DNA from: Kordiimonas sp.
GTDB taxonomy: Bacteria; Pseudomonadota; Alphaproteobacteria; Sphingomonadales; Kordiimonadaceae
DNA: 64,000 nt
Direction of reading: 5' to 3'
NCBI GenBank assembly: GCA_963921265.3
Contig: OZ001196.2
Coordinates: 1,407,441 to 1,471,440, forward strand
A model generated the notes under the pieces. That model searched no databases and was not told where the DNA came from. It saw only the letters and a list, made by a program, of their open reading frames with translations. Made by a program: the position numbers and the translations under genes. Of this stretch, positions 33,217 through 41,976 are shown one piece after another. Each line of letters starts with the position of its first letter. The stretch's first letter is position 1.

Positions 33217-34293
33217 CTACCCTTCGCGCTTTACCCAATTGACATGACCCATTTTCCGGCCGGGACGCGGTTCACTTTTGCCGTAATGATGAACGGTGGC
33301 GGTTGGATCACTGAAAAAATTATCGAGCTCCAGGATATCTTCGCCGAGCAGGTTTTTCATCCGAACAGTGCCAAGCGCGTCGGGATTTCCCAGCGGCAGG
33401 TCACAAATGGCACGAATATGTTGCTCAAATTGGCTGGTGACTGCGCCGTCCATCGTCCAATGACCTGAATTGTGAACTCTAGGTGCGATCTCGTTCACAA
33501 TTATCTGGTTGGTGCTATCAGTGACAAACATCTCAACACCCACCACACCAACATAATCAAGAGCATTGGCAACTTTGGTTGCCATTACTTTGGCTTTGGC
33601 CTCCACACGGTCACTCACTGTAGCTGGCACGTCAGTAGTATCAAGAATGTGGTTGGTGTGCACGTTTTCACCCACCGGGAAAGCCGCCACATCGCCCGAC
33701 GCACTGCGCGCCACGATGACGCTGATTTCCCGGTCGAATGGCACAAAACCCTCCAAAATCGCCGGCGTGTTGTTGGTAACGTCTAACACTTGCTCCAGGT
33801 CTTTTTGGGTCTTGATTAGCTTTTGGCCCTTGCCGTCATAACCGAAACGGCGCGTTTTTGCGACGGATGGTCGCCCGATCTTTTTGAATACTGCCTCAAG
33901 TTCCTCAGCGGTGTGGAAAGCTTCATATGGCGCAGTTTCGACACCGGCATCATTCAAGAACTGCTTCTCCGTCAATCGATCCTGGGATACGGCAAGCGCC
34001 TTTGCACCCGGGCGCAGAAGTGTGTGAGCCGCCACAACGGCAGCGGTTTGACTTGGCACATTTTCAAATTCGTATGTGGCGACATCAACTGAGCGCGCAA
34101 ATTCCGTCAGCGCCTCTTCGTTCTCGTAAGCAGCAATCGTTTTCTGGTCTGCAACCTGAAAAGCCGGACTGTTTTCCTCGGGACAATAGATATGGCATTT
34201 GTAACCCAATTGTGCAGCTGCCAGCGCCAACATGCGCCCCAATTGCCCGCCACCCATTATGCCGATGGTTCCCCCTGGATTGATGCGCGTCAT
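33217..34293 (-). CDS. purK: 5-(carboxyamino)imidazole ribonucleotide synthase
   Basis: ATP-grasp fold. Contains IGIMGGGQLGRML..AA..LGY, VAKT...GYDGKGQ and NEIAPR.HNSGH.T. Confidence 0.92.
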   Translation of the reverse strand: MTRINPGGTIGIMGGGQLGRMLALAAAQLGYKCHIYCPEENSPAFQVADQKTIAAYENEEALTEFARSVDVATYEFENVPSQTAAVVAAHTLLRPGAKALAVSQDRLTEKQFLNDAGVETAPYEAFHTAEELEAVFKKIGRPSVAKTRRFGYDGKGQKLIKTQKDLEQVLDVTNNTPAILEGFVPFDREISVIVARSASGDVAAFPVGENVHTNHILDTTDVPATVSDRVEAKAKVMATKVANALDYVGVVGVEMFVTDSTNQIIVNEIAPRVHNSGHWTMDGAVTSQFEQHIRAICDLPLGNPDALGTVRMKNLLGEDILELDNFFSDPTATVHHYGKSEPRPGRKMGHVNWVKREG

Positions 34294-34307
34294 GTCTGCC
34301 TCTGCAC

Positions 34308-34802
34308 TTAGTCGTCTGTGGGAATATCGCCAACGCTATCCGTTTGCGCTGCTCGCCAAGCGTCTAGCCGCTCGGCCAAATCATCGTCCATCAATGCAAG
34401 TACTGCCGCAGCCAACAAGCCAGCATTCTTCGCACCTGCTTTGCCAATCGCAAGCGTACCAACCGGGACACCGCCAGGCATTTGCACGATCGACAACAAA
34501 CTATCCTGGCCTGAAAGTGCTGCAGACTGGACCGGTATGCCGAACACAGGCAGTGGTGTCATCGCAGCCGCCATTCCAGGCAGATGCGCAGCTCCGCCAG
34601 CACCTGCAATAATGCACTTCAGGCCCCGGTCTTTTGCTGTTTTTGAATACTCATAAAGGCGGTCTGGTGTTCTGTGGGCCGACACAATACGCTTTTCATA
34701 AGCGACACCCAAGGCATCCAAAACATCTGCGGCATGCTTCATGGTTGGCCAGTCTGACTGGCTACCCATAATTATGCCAACTTGCGGTGCAGATTGCGTC
34801 AC
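34308..34802 (-). CDS. purE: 5-(carboxyamino)imidazole ribonucleotide mutase
   Basis: [43 protein letters not shown]. The start is placed at GTG 34802 (AGGA upstream), and the longer ORF-track N-terminus looks spurious. Confidence 0.9.
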   Translation of the reverse strand: MTQSAPQVGIIMGSQSDWPTMKHAADVLDALGVAYEKRIVSAHRTPDRLYEYSKTAKDRGLKCIIAGAGGAAHLPGMAAAMTPLPVFGIPVQSAALSGQDSLLSIVQMPGGVPVGTLAIGKAGAKNAGLLAAAVLALMDDDLAERLDAWRAAQTDSVGDIPTDD

Positions 34803-35000
34803 TGGCTTGATCCTGGTTGTTGGCCCAATCGTCCGGCACCCTGCCGGAAGTGCGCGCATTATAGGCAGCAAGTTCTCGAATGCAAGACGCCCAGACCTTT
34901 GCCCTGGCAAGAATATTCAAAAAAATTGAATAGCTTGCCGGAAACAGTTCGTTAATATGGTGTGTGCTAAACGGGGGTTGGCGCAAAAACGGGATTTGGA

Positions 35001-35738
35001 ATGAAAGTAACCAGCACACCTGGCGTTGTTAGAACGGCACCGGCGCGCCCAGCAGGGCGAACTGAGCGCACGAGCTCGGCAACAGATACCGGCACAGTCC
35101 GCCGCATTGAGGACACGGTGCAGGTGCTTGGCATTCCGCCTGAGGAGATGACCGAACGGGTCCAGCACGCGATCCTGTCACTGATGCAGGAGGTGGATAG
35201 TCTTCGCCAGGAACTGGATCGGACCAACCGGCGCCTACGAGAAATGGAAGATGTTGCTGATACTGACGCATTGCTGCCAATTCCCAACCGGCGTGCTTTT
35301 GTTCGTGAACTCAGCCGCATGATTTCATTCGCAGAGCGTTATGGCACACCGTCAACACTCATGTTCATCGACCTGAATGACATGAAAATGCTTAATGACA
35401 AATTTGGGCATGAGGCCGGTGACAAGGCGCTTTTTCATGTAGCCAGGCTGCTGGTAGATAATGTCCGGACGACAGACGTGATAGCGCGGCTTGGCGGTGA
35501 CGAATTTGGCGTTATTCTGGCGCAAGCTGACGAAACAGTTGGTGCAGAAAAGTCCAAAGCACTGGCCGACATCATCACAAACAATCCGCTCACCCTTGAT
35601 GGTGAAAAAATTTCGATGAGCCTGGCGTTTGGGACCTATACATTCCGCTCTGGCGACAAACCTGACGATGCTCTCGATAAAGCTGACAAAGCAATGTACG
35701 AAAACAAACGCGGCATGAAGGGTGACAGTAGTCGCTGA
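35001..35738 (+). CDS. Diguanylate cyclase (GGDEF) with I-site, no recognisable sensor domain
   Basis: NRRAF, the GGDEF motif (RLGGDEFGVIL) and RTTD exactly 5 residues upstream (an RxxD I-site). The N-terminal 75 aa are low complexity, followed by a short coiled coil. Confidence 0.85.
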   Translation: MKVTSTPGVVRTAPARPAGRTERTSSATDTGTVRRIEDTVQVLGIPPEEMTERVQHAILSLMQEVDSLRQELDRTNRRLREMEDVADTDALLPIPNRRAFVRELSRMISFAERYGTPSTLMFIDLNDMKMLNDKFGHEAGDKALFHVARLLVDNVRTTDVIARLGGDEFGVILAQADETVGAEKSKALADIITNNPLTLDGEKISMSLAFGTYTFRSGDKPDDALDKADKAMYENKRGMKGDSSR

Positions 35739-35749
35739 TATGCGCCCCG

Positions 35750-35947
35750 CTAAGCGATGATGTCGGGAAGAAGCATCGCCTCTAGCTTTGAAATCTCATC
35801 CTTCAGCACTAGCTTGCGCTTTTTCAGGCGTTGGGCCTGTAGTAAATCGTAAACACCTGAAGACTGGATGGCTTCAATGGCCGCATCCAGGTCTCTATGT
35901 TCTTCTTTGATAGTGGCAAGGCGCGCTCTGATGGCTGCTTCTTCCAC
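35750..35947 (-). CDS. DUF465 (YdcH-like) small protein
   Basis: 65 aa. L..IKEEHRDLD..I.......D.L...RLKK.KL.LKDEI..LE matches the DUF465 pattern. Confidence 0.75.
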   Translation of the reverse strand: MEEAAIRARLATIKEEHRDLDAAIEAIQSSGVYDLLQAQRLKKRKLVLKDEISKLEAMLLPDIIA

Positions 35948-36025
35948 GGTTCACCTTTTGCAGAAATCTTGTTGGATGCTATAATCTTAGCACGTCGTTT
36001 ATTGTACGAGAAGACCCGCCTCCCC

Positions 36026-36469
36026 ATGTCCCAATTCAGTACTGAAGAGTTTTGGCAATTTTCAATTACGCACTATCAAGACCCTGCAGTAAAGAGTGCC
36101 TGTCTGTTGCTGCAAGACACAGCGTGCGCGGACGTCAATCTATTGTTGCTTGCCATATGGCTGAAAACGAAGGGTGTAAGGGTCTCAAAACAAACTGTGG
36201 ATGAGCTGCTCACTACTTCTCAATATTGGCAGGCTGAGAAGATAGGGCCCTTGCGCTCACACCGGCGCCTCCAATCAAAACAATCAGATGGCTATCGGGC
36301 GGCTCTGATGGCAGAGCTTGAGGCTGAAGAAGATGAGCAAGCTGCTCTCGTTCAGTGTCTAAACAATAAAAAGTCCACCGGTCCGCGCGCCATTGATTTT
36401 TGGGAAGCCTATTCACAGAAACTGGGTGTTTCAGACAGTCAACGAAACGCCTTGATAGGATTTATTTAG
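36026..36469 (+). CDS. TIGR02444-family conserved hypothetical protein
   Basis: ATG 36026: FWQFSITHYQDPAVKSACLLLQDTACADVNLLLLAIWL is the family-typical N-terminus. Confidence 0.7.
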   Translation: MSQFSTEEFWQFSITHYQDPAVKSACLLLQDTACADVNLLLLAIWLKTKGVRVSKQTVDELLTTSQYWQAEKIGPLRSHRRLQSKQSDGYRAALMAELEAEEDEQAALVQCLNNKKSTGPRAIDFWEAYSQKLGVSDSQRNALIGFI

Positions 36470-36699
36470 CGGGTCAATAGGAACTTCGCGCACAAATATT
36501 TCAATAAACTGCCCTGGGAAGACCAATCATTTTGCGAGTCTCTCATGTTTTAAGGGGTTCTGTGTATTTTTGACCGCAGATACACACCTGCTAAGCACCG
36601 ATGAAATCAGCGAATCTCAGGCCGAAAATTCTTTCCGTGACTCGTAGCGATCTAAATGATCAAATTGGGTGTTAGAAAATTTGATGAGGAGAGACGGGC

Positions 36700-36870
36700 A
36701 TGAGCTTACAAACGCATGTTGAATCACTGAACCAAAAACATGCCGAAATTGAGGACATCATCGCACGAGAAGAATTGCGACCGCAGCCAGATGCATTACG
36801 GTTGATGGAACTCAAGAAACAGAAGCTCCGCCTAAAAGAGGAAATGGTCAGGTTAACGGTCAAACATTAG
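36700..36870 (+). CDS. Second DUF465 (YdcH-like) small protein, 56 aa (below the ORF-track cutoff)
   Basis: ATG 36700 follows GAGGAGAG. Translation MSLQTHVESLNQKHAEIEDIIAREELRPQPDALRLMELKKQKLRLKEEMVRLTVKH ends at TAG 36868-36870 and is followed by a terminator. Confidence 0.65.
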   Translation: MSLQTHVESLNQKHAEIEDIIAREELRPQPDALRLMELKKQKLRLKEEMVRLTVKH

Positions 36871-36888
36871 CGACCAACATCTTGAACC

Positions 36889-36923
36889 AAAAAAAGCGCG
36901 AGGCCCCGGCCCCGCGCTTTTTT
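36889..36923. terminator. Bidirectional rho-independent terminator
   Basis: A7 run, GC-rich stem GCGCGAGGC / GCCCCGCGC, then a T6 run. It sits between the DUF465 gene (+) and the DUF1013 gene (-). Confidence 0.6.
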
Positions 36924-36941
36924 GTTTACTCAGAAACCCAA

Positions 36942-37562
36942 TTATTCTTCTGCAGTCTCTTCCGCCGGCGCAGCATCTGACTCGTCAACAGCTGGTGCTG
37001 CTTCATCTGCCGTAGCTGGTGCTTTTTCAGCCGCTTTTTCACGGCGTGCGGCAGCAAGCTGCACCGCTTCATCCAGCTCAATTTGACGGCATAGGCCAAG
37101 ACCAACAGGGTCTTGCGGTTTGATATTCTGGATATTCCAGTGGCTGCGCTCACGGATGCTTTGGATGGTCGGCTTAGTTGTGCCAACCAGTCGGCTGATT
37201 TGCAAATCCGTCAATTCAGGGTGATGGCGCACCAGCCACGCAATAGCATCCGGCTTGTCCTGGCGCTTGGACACCGGCGTGTAACGCGGCCCCTTTGTGC
37301 GCGGCACAGCCTTAACATCATCTTCTGTTAGTTTAAGCCGTGCATCCGGGTCAGCCTGACAGCGATCCAATTCTTCCTGGCTCAACTGGCCACTGGTTGT
37401 TGGGTCCTGACCCACGATATGGGTCCCAACGGTTCCGTCCGCTATGCCTTGTACTTCCAGTTCATGTAGCTGACAAAACTCCGCGATCTGTGTGAACGTT
37501 AGCGCGGTATTGTCTACGAGCCATACTGCAGTTGCCATCGGCATCAATGGTTGTGTCATCAC
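36942..37562 (-). CDS. DUF1013-family protein (alphaproteobacterial cell-cycle-regulator-like, TrcR-type)
   Basis: QPLMPMATAVWLVDNTALTFTQIAEFCQLHELEVQGIADG is the family-typical N-terminus. The C-terminal tail is Ala/Glu-rich. Confidence 0.8.
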   Translation of the reverse strand: MMTQPLMPMATAVWLVDNTALTFTQIAEFCQLHELEVQGIADGTVGTHIVGQDPTTSGQLSQEELDRCQADPDARLKLTEDDVKAVPRTKGPRYTPVSKRQDKPDAIAWLVRHHPELTDLQISRLVGTTKPTIQSIRERSHWNIQNIKPQDPVGLGLCRQIELDEAVQLAAARREKAAEKAPATADEAAPAVDESDAAPAEETAEE

Positions 37563-37712
37563 AAATTTCCTACACTCATAAAACGACCTTCCGCAGCGCC
37601 ACTTTTGTGGGCTGCCCCCATATTCGAATTTCGGTTTTCCGGATAGGGGTGGAGAAGGTGATCTCCCATGAGTTCACCCTATCAAGCGAATCAGCGCCTG
37701 TCACCGCGAAAA

Positions 37713-38690
37713 TCAGCCCTCAAGAACGATTTTTCCCATATGCTGGCTGGATTCCATCAGCTTATGTGCCTCAGCCGCCTTTTCAAGGGGCAAAACCGTG
37801 TCGATGATGGGCTTGATTGAGCCCGCTTCCAACAGAGGCCAAACATGGTCCTGTAAAGACCTGGCTATTGCCCCTTTGAACACATTATCGCGCGGTCGGA
37901 GTGTACTGCCGGTAAGTACGAGGCGTTTCAGCATCACTTGCATCATATTCACTTCAACCGCAGGCCCTTTCAGAAAAGCGATAGACACCTGTCGCCCGTC
38001 CGGTGCAAGACAGTTGATGTTTTTTTGAATGTAATCGCCGCCTACCATATCGAGCACAACATTCACGCCAGCACCGCCCGTGAATTCAGAGATCGCCTCT
38101 TCGAAATCTGTTTCACGGTAATTGATGGCAAGGTCGGCACCAAGTGACCGACAAAACTCTGCTTTTTCAGCACTGCCTGCGGTCGTGACCACTGTTGCAC
38201 CGAAGGCTTTGGCAAGCTGGATTGCAGTTGAACCGATGCCCGAGGAGCCGCCATGAACAAGAATGGTCTCGTCTTCTTTCAATCCCGCCCGATCGAATAC
38301 GTTGGACCAAACCGTGAAGTAGGTTTCGGGAATCGCAGCGGCTTCAACAAATGACAACCCGTCTGGCATCGCAATGCAAGTCTCCGCAGGTGCGACACAC
38401 AACTTAGCGTATCCTCCTCCCGGCACCAAAGCGCAGACTTTGTCACCTGCACTAACCGAAGCCACACCTTCACCCACCGCAGATACGACGCCCGCGACTT
38501 CAAGGCCTGGGATATCCGACGCACCCGGTGGTGGCGGGTACAGACCCAAACGCTGCACCACGTCAGGGCGGTTAACACCAGCGGCTTTGACCTCAATAAG
38601 CACTTCGCCGGCGCCTGCAATAGGGTCTGGCCTGTCCGTTTGCACGAGAACCTCTGGTCCGCCTGGTTGAGTGATTTCAACAGCTTTCAT
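37713..38690 (-). CDS. qor: NAD(P)H:quinone oxidoreductase (zeta-crystallin/PIG3-type MDR)
   Basis: ATG 38690: MKAVEITQPGGPEVL...GEVLIEV.AAGVNRPD..QR.G.YPPPPGASDIPGLE.AG and GGSSGIG. The longer ORF-track N-terminus would overlap the divergent DUF1192 gene. Confidence 0.85.
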   Translation of the reverse strand: MKAVEITQPGGPEVLVQTDRPDPIAGAGEVLIEVKAAGVNRPDVVQRLGLYPPPPGASDIPGLEVAGVVSAVGEGVASVSAGDKVCALVPGGGYAKLCVAPAETCIAMPDGLSFVEAAAIPETYFTVWSNVFDRAGLKEDETILVHGGSSGIGSTAIQLAKAFGATVVTTAGSAEKAEFCRSLGADLAINYRETDFEEAISEFTGGAGVNVVLDMVGGDYIQKNINCLAPDGRQVSIAFLKGPAVEVNMMQVMLKRLVLTGSTLRPRDNVFKGAIARSLQDHVWPLLEAGSIKPIIDTVLPLEKAAEAHKLMESSQHMGKIVLEG

Positions 38691-38749
38691 AATAGCCCTT
38701 CCATTGCTAAGTTGCAGAAGTATGGCAGACACAACCAGGGGAGGCCAGC

Positions 38750-38944
38750 ATGGATATGGACGATTTACCGCGCAAGAAAACCGGGCCACTTTCGGACATT
38801 GAAAAAGAAGACCTTTCGACAATTTCGGCTGACGAGCTGAATGAGCGTGTGGAACGCTTAGAGGCCGAAATCGAACGTACAAAACAGGAAATCACATCAA
38901 AACAAGCAAGCCGAGCGGCAGCTGACGCTTTTTTTAAGTCTTGA
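38750..38944 (+). CDS. DUF1192 small coiled-coil protein
   Basis: 64 aa with the family-typical pattern DDLPRKK......EDLS..S..EL.ERV..LEAEIER.K.EI..K...R.AADAFFK. Confidence 0.75.
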   Translation: MDMDDLPRKKTGPLSDIEKEDLSTISADELNERVERLEAEIERTKQEITSKQASRAAADAFFKS

Positions 38945-38950
38945 AGTGTT

Positions 38951-39005
38951 GAAATGAAAAGGTGGAGGCAAGCCGCGCAGGACACACGTCGGGCGTTGCC
39001 TCCAC
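38951..39005 (-). terminator. Long hairpin terminator downstream of hsp20 (also closes DUF1192 on the + strand)
   Basis: A perfect 10-bp stem, GTGGAGGCAA (38962-38971) with TTGCCTCCAC (38996-39005). On the minus strand it is followed by CCUUUUCAUUUC. Confidence 0.55.
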
Positions 39006-39103
39006 AAGGTATACGACAGCGAGGGTCGTCAGGGAGAAATCAATAGTCTGATGTCGCGGACAGTCGTTTTTGGGCTCAACCGCCCGCGCACTTGAATAGA
39101 GGT

Positions 39104-39562
39104 CTAGGCTGCGTCTGATTCGATCGTCTTGATCTTCGCGTCAGCCGAGCGAATCGCAATATTGCGAGGCTTTTTGTGTTCTGGGATTACCCGTCGCAGT
39201 TCCACTTGCAGCAAGCCATTTTCAAAACTGGCGTCGCCAACCTGGATGGTATCCGCTAGCTCGAAACGACGCTCAAACGCACGCTTGGCAATACCGCGGT
39301 GCAGGAATTTCCGGTCAGCATCATCTTCGCCTGCTTTACCGGCTAGAATAAGCGTACCTTCCTGAACGGTGATCGTCAGCTCTTCCGGTGAAAAGCCAGC
39401 AACTGCCATGGTGACGCGGTAATCGTCGTCCGAGACTTTTTCAATGTTGTAGGGTGGATACGCAGATGCACCGTCGCTGGTAAGCGCCGAGTCGAGCAAG
39501 CGGTTAAGATGATCAAAACCGACAGAACTGCGCATCAAAGGGGAAAGGTCAAAGGTTCGCAT
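39104..39562 (-). CDS. Small heat-shock protein, Hsp20/alpha-crystallin family
   Basis: 152 aa. Contains YPPYNIEK..DD.YR.T.AVAGF..E.L.I....G.L...G and F.HRGIA.RAFER.F.LAD...V..A...NGLL. Confidence 0.9.
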   Translation of the reverse strand: MRTFDLSPLMRSSVGFDHLNRLLDSALTSDGASAYPPYNIEKVSDDDYRVTMAVAGFSPEELTITVQEGTLILAGKAGEDDADRKFLHRGIAKRAFERRFELADTIQVGDASFENGLLQVELRRVIPEHKKPRNIAIRSADAKIKTIESDAA

Positions 39563-39655
39563 AGCAAGTCCTCCATTAGAAGCAACTAGATTGTAGGGCC
39601 CACCACCATGGTCAGGCCGAGAATTTCACCAGCCCCGCCTGGTGCGGCGACCGGT
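39563..39655 (-). promoter_or_regulatory. Candidate ROSE-like RNA thermometer in the hsp20 5' UTR
   Basis: The minus-strand leader contains a CACCAG-GCGGGG-CUGGUG hairpin. Its last element is UUGCU-UCUAAUGG-AGGA-CUUGCU-AUG, where UGCU faces the SD AGGA with a G-G opposition as in ROSE elements. Folded by eye only. Confidence 0.35.
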
Positions 39656-39661
39656 TAAATC

Positions 39662-39696
39662 CTATGTGGGAATAGCCCATAATTGTTGCAAGAGGG
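39662..39696 (-). promoter_or_regulatory. Candidate RpoH (sigma-32)-type heat-shock promoter of hsp20
   Basis: The minus strand reads CCCTCTTGCAA-N15-CCCACATAG. Compare the sigma-32 consensus CCCTTGAA-N13-15-CCCCATNT. Confidence 0.35.
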
Positions 39697-39758
39697 AACA
39701 AGCAAAAAAGGCGCCCCGATCGGGACGCCCTTTTAAAAACTGTAATGATTTGAGCTGC

Positions 39759-39983
39759 TTATTTCTTCAGCTTCAGACCACCAAAACGCTTGTTGAAGCG
39801 TGCAACCCGACCACCTTCAGTGATCTGACGCGCGCCACCAGTCCAAGCTGGGTGTGACTTAGGGTCAATCTCAAGGTTCAGCGTGTCACCTTCCGAGCCC
39901 CAAGTTGAGCGAGTCTCAAAAGTTGTCCCGTCAGTCATAACCACTTTGATTGTGTGGTAATCGGGATGAATGTCTTGTTTCAT
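39759..39983 (-). CDS. rpmE: 50S ribosomal protein L31
   Basis: ATG 39983: [23 protein letters not shown]......L.L.IDP..HPAWTGG. The metal-binding Cys motif is absent, which is common in alphaproteobacterial L31. Confidence 0.92.
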   Translation of the reverse strand: MKQDIHPDYHTIKVVMTDGTTFETRSTWGSEGDTLNLEIDPKSHPAWTGGARQITEGGRVARFNKRFGGLKLKK

Positions 39984-40179
39984 TGGTCGAATCTCCAAAA
40001 ACGAGGCGTCCGTATAGGGTATCATTCGGCTTAATGCAAGGCTGTTTCGTCGTTTTTTTCCCCAATTCCAAAACTTGTGACCAATTTAACACCTGATCAC
40101 CATTCGGCCGGTTTGAACCGTTGGCATTTAGCCAGAGTGCCCTTATATGTCAGAACGGTTAAGTGAGGAATAATCATTC

Positions 40180-41967
40180 ATGAGCGACAATGGCATCCGC
40201 CAGGAACATGAGCCACCAAAAGGCAAGCTCAAAAACCTGAGGACTTTGTGGGGATTCGTAAGGCCTTACAAGTTCCAGTTGGTGATGGCTGCTTTTTTTC
40301 TATTGGTTGCGGCAGGAACGTCGCTTGCGATCCCACGCGCTATGGGCGACATCGTTGACAAAGAGTTCAATGCGCAAAGCGCAACACTCGTAAACGACTA
40401 TTTCATGATACTTGTTGCCATTGTGGTGGTTATGGCCGTTGCAACAGCTTTCAGGTTTTACTTCGTTACCTGGCTTGGAGAGCGTGTAGTCGCCGACATT
40501 CGAAAAGCCGTTTATGAACGCCTGATTACGCTATCCCCTGAATTTTTCGAAGAAAACCGCCCCGGGGAGATTGTGTCTCGGTTAACCGCTGACACAACAC
40601 TGGTGCAATCGATTGTTGGCTCGAGCGTATCTGTTTGGATCCGCAATTTGTTGATTGCCATCGCTGGCACCATTCTTCTGTTTATTCAATCTCCCAAACT
40701 CATGGGATACATTGCTGTCGTCATACCTGTCCTGCTGATTATTATCGTAATGGTCGGACGAAAAGTGCGGACGTTGTCACGCACCAGCCAGGACAAAGTG
40801 GCAGATGTTGGTGCCCGCGCAAACGAATCGCTCACGGCGCTTAACATCGTACAGGCCTTCACCCAGGAACAGTCCGAAGCGAAGCGCTTTGGTGACCATG
40901 TGGACGACGCGTTCCTGGCCGCCAAACGGCGGATACAGGTCCGTGCAGCCCTCACTTTCACCATGATTTTCATGATTTTTGGCGCAATCGCCTTTGTCCT
41001 CTATCAAGGCGCACAGGATGTAATAGCAGGCTCCATGTCTGGTGGTGATATGGTCGAATTTATCATGCTCGCCGTGTTTGTGGCCGCAGCGTTTGGTGCT
41101 TTATCCGAGGTATACAGCGAACTTCAGCGCGCCGCAGGCGCCGCCGGTCGCCTCGCAGAATTGTTGGTTGCTGAAGCCATTATCAAGGCGCCAGCGGCAC
41201 CCGTTGCTGTTCCTGCACGGATAAACGGAGAGATCCGTTTCGATAATGTAACGTTCCACTATCCAAGCAAAAAAGACGCTGCAGCACTCGATAACTTCAA
41301 CTTGACGATTAAGCCCGGCGAAACCTTGGCACTGGTTGGGCCGTCCGGCGCGGGCAAATCAACTGTGTTGCAGATGCTGCTCAGGTTTTATGATCCACAA
41401 CAGGGTGTCGTCACCATTGATGGCATCGATATTTCCAAAACCGAACCAACAGATTTTCGTAAGCAACTTTCGCTGGTGCCCCAAGAGACGATCATTTTTG
41501 CAGACTCCGTGGCTGAAAACATTCGCTATGGCAGACTTGAGGCAACTGACGCTGAAGTTGAAGCAGCAGCCGAAGCGGCGGCGGCCAAAGAGTTCATTGA
41601 ACGATCTGATGATGGATACAACACTTTCCTTGGAGAGCGGGGAACAAGGCTTTCTGGCGGGCAGCGCCAACGCATTGCGATTGCGCGCGCAATATTGAGA
41701 GATGCCCCGATCCTGTTGTTGGATGAAGCAACAAGTGCGCTAGACGCAGAGTCCGAACTTAAAGTCCAGAGCGCACTTGAAACGCTTATGGAAGGCCGGA
41801 CGACACTAGTGATTGCCCACCGTTTGGCAACGGTTAAAAAAGCAGACCGTATCATCGTTCTGGACGAAGGACGGATTGTTGCAGAGGGCACGCATGATGA
41901 ACTTGTGAAAGCAGGTGGCCTCTATAAACGCCTCGCGGACTTGCAGTTCGGGGACGCAGCTGCCTAA
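40180..41967 (+). CDS. ABC exporter, fused permease/ATPase (MsbA/ABCB-type)
   Basis: 595 aa. Six-helix TMD, then an NBD with Walker A GPSGAGKST, signature LSGGQRQR, Walker B ILLLDEATSALD and an H-loop IAHRL. Confidence 0.9.
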   Translation: MSDNGIRQEHEPPKGKLKNLRTLWGFVRPYKFQLVMAAFFLLVAAGTSLAIPRAMGDIVDKEFNAQSATLVNDYFMILVAIVVVMAVATAFRFYFVTWLGERVVADIRKAVYERLITLSPEFFEENRPGEIVSRLTADTTLVQSIVGSSVSVWIRNLLIAIAGTILLFIQSPKLMGYIAVVIPVLLIIIVMVGRKVRTLSRTSQDKVADVGARANESLTALNIVQAFTQEQSEAKRFGDHVDDAFLAAKRRIQVRAALTFTMIFMIFGAIAFVLYQGAQDVIAGSMSGGDMVEFIMLAVFVAAAFGALSEVYSELQRAAGAAGRLAELLVAEAIIKAPAAPVAVPARINGEIRFDNVTFHYPSKKDAAALDNFNLTIKPGETLALVGPSGAGKSTVLQMLLRFYDPQQGVVTIDGIDISKTEPTDFRKQLSLVPQETIIFADSVAENIRYGRLEATDAEVEAAAEAAAAKEFIERSDDGYNTFLGERGTRLSGGQRQRIAIARAILRDAPILLLDEATSALDAESELKVQSALETLMEGRTTLVIAHRLATVKKADRIIVLDEGRIVAEGTHDELVKAGGLYKRLADLQFGDAAA

Positions 41968-41976
41968 AAAGGTAGG

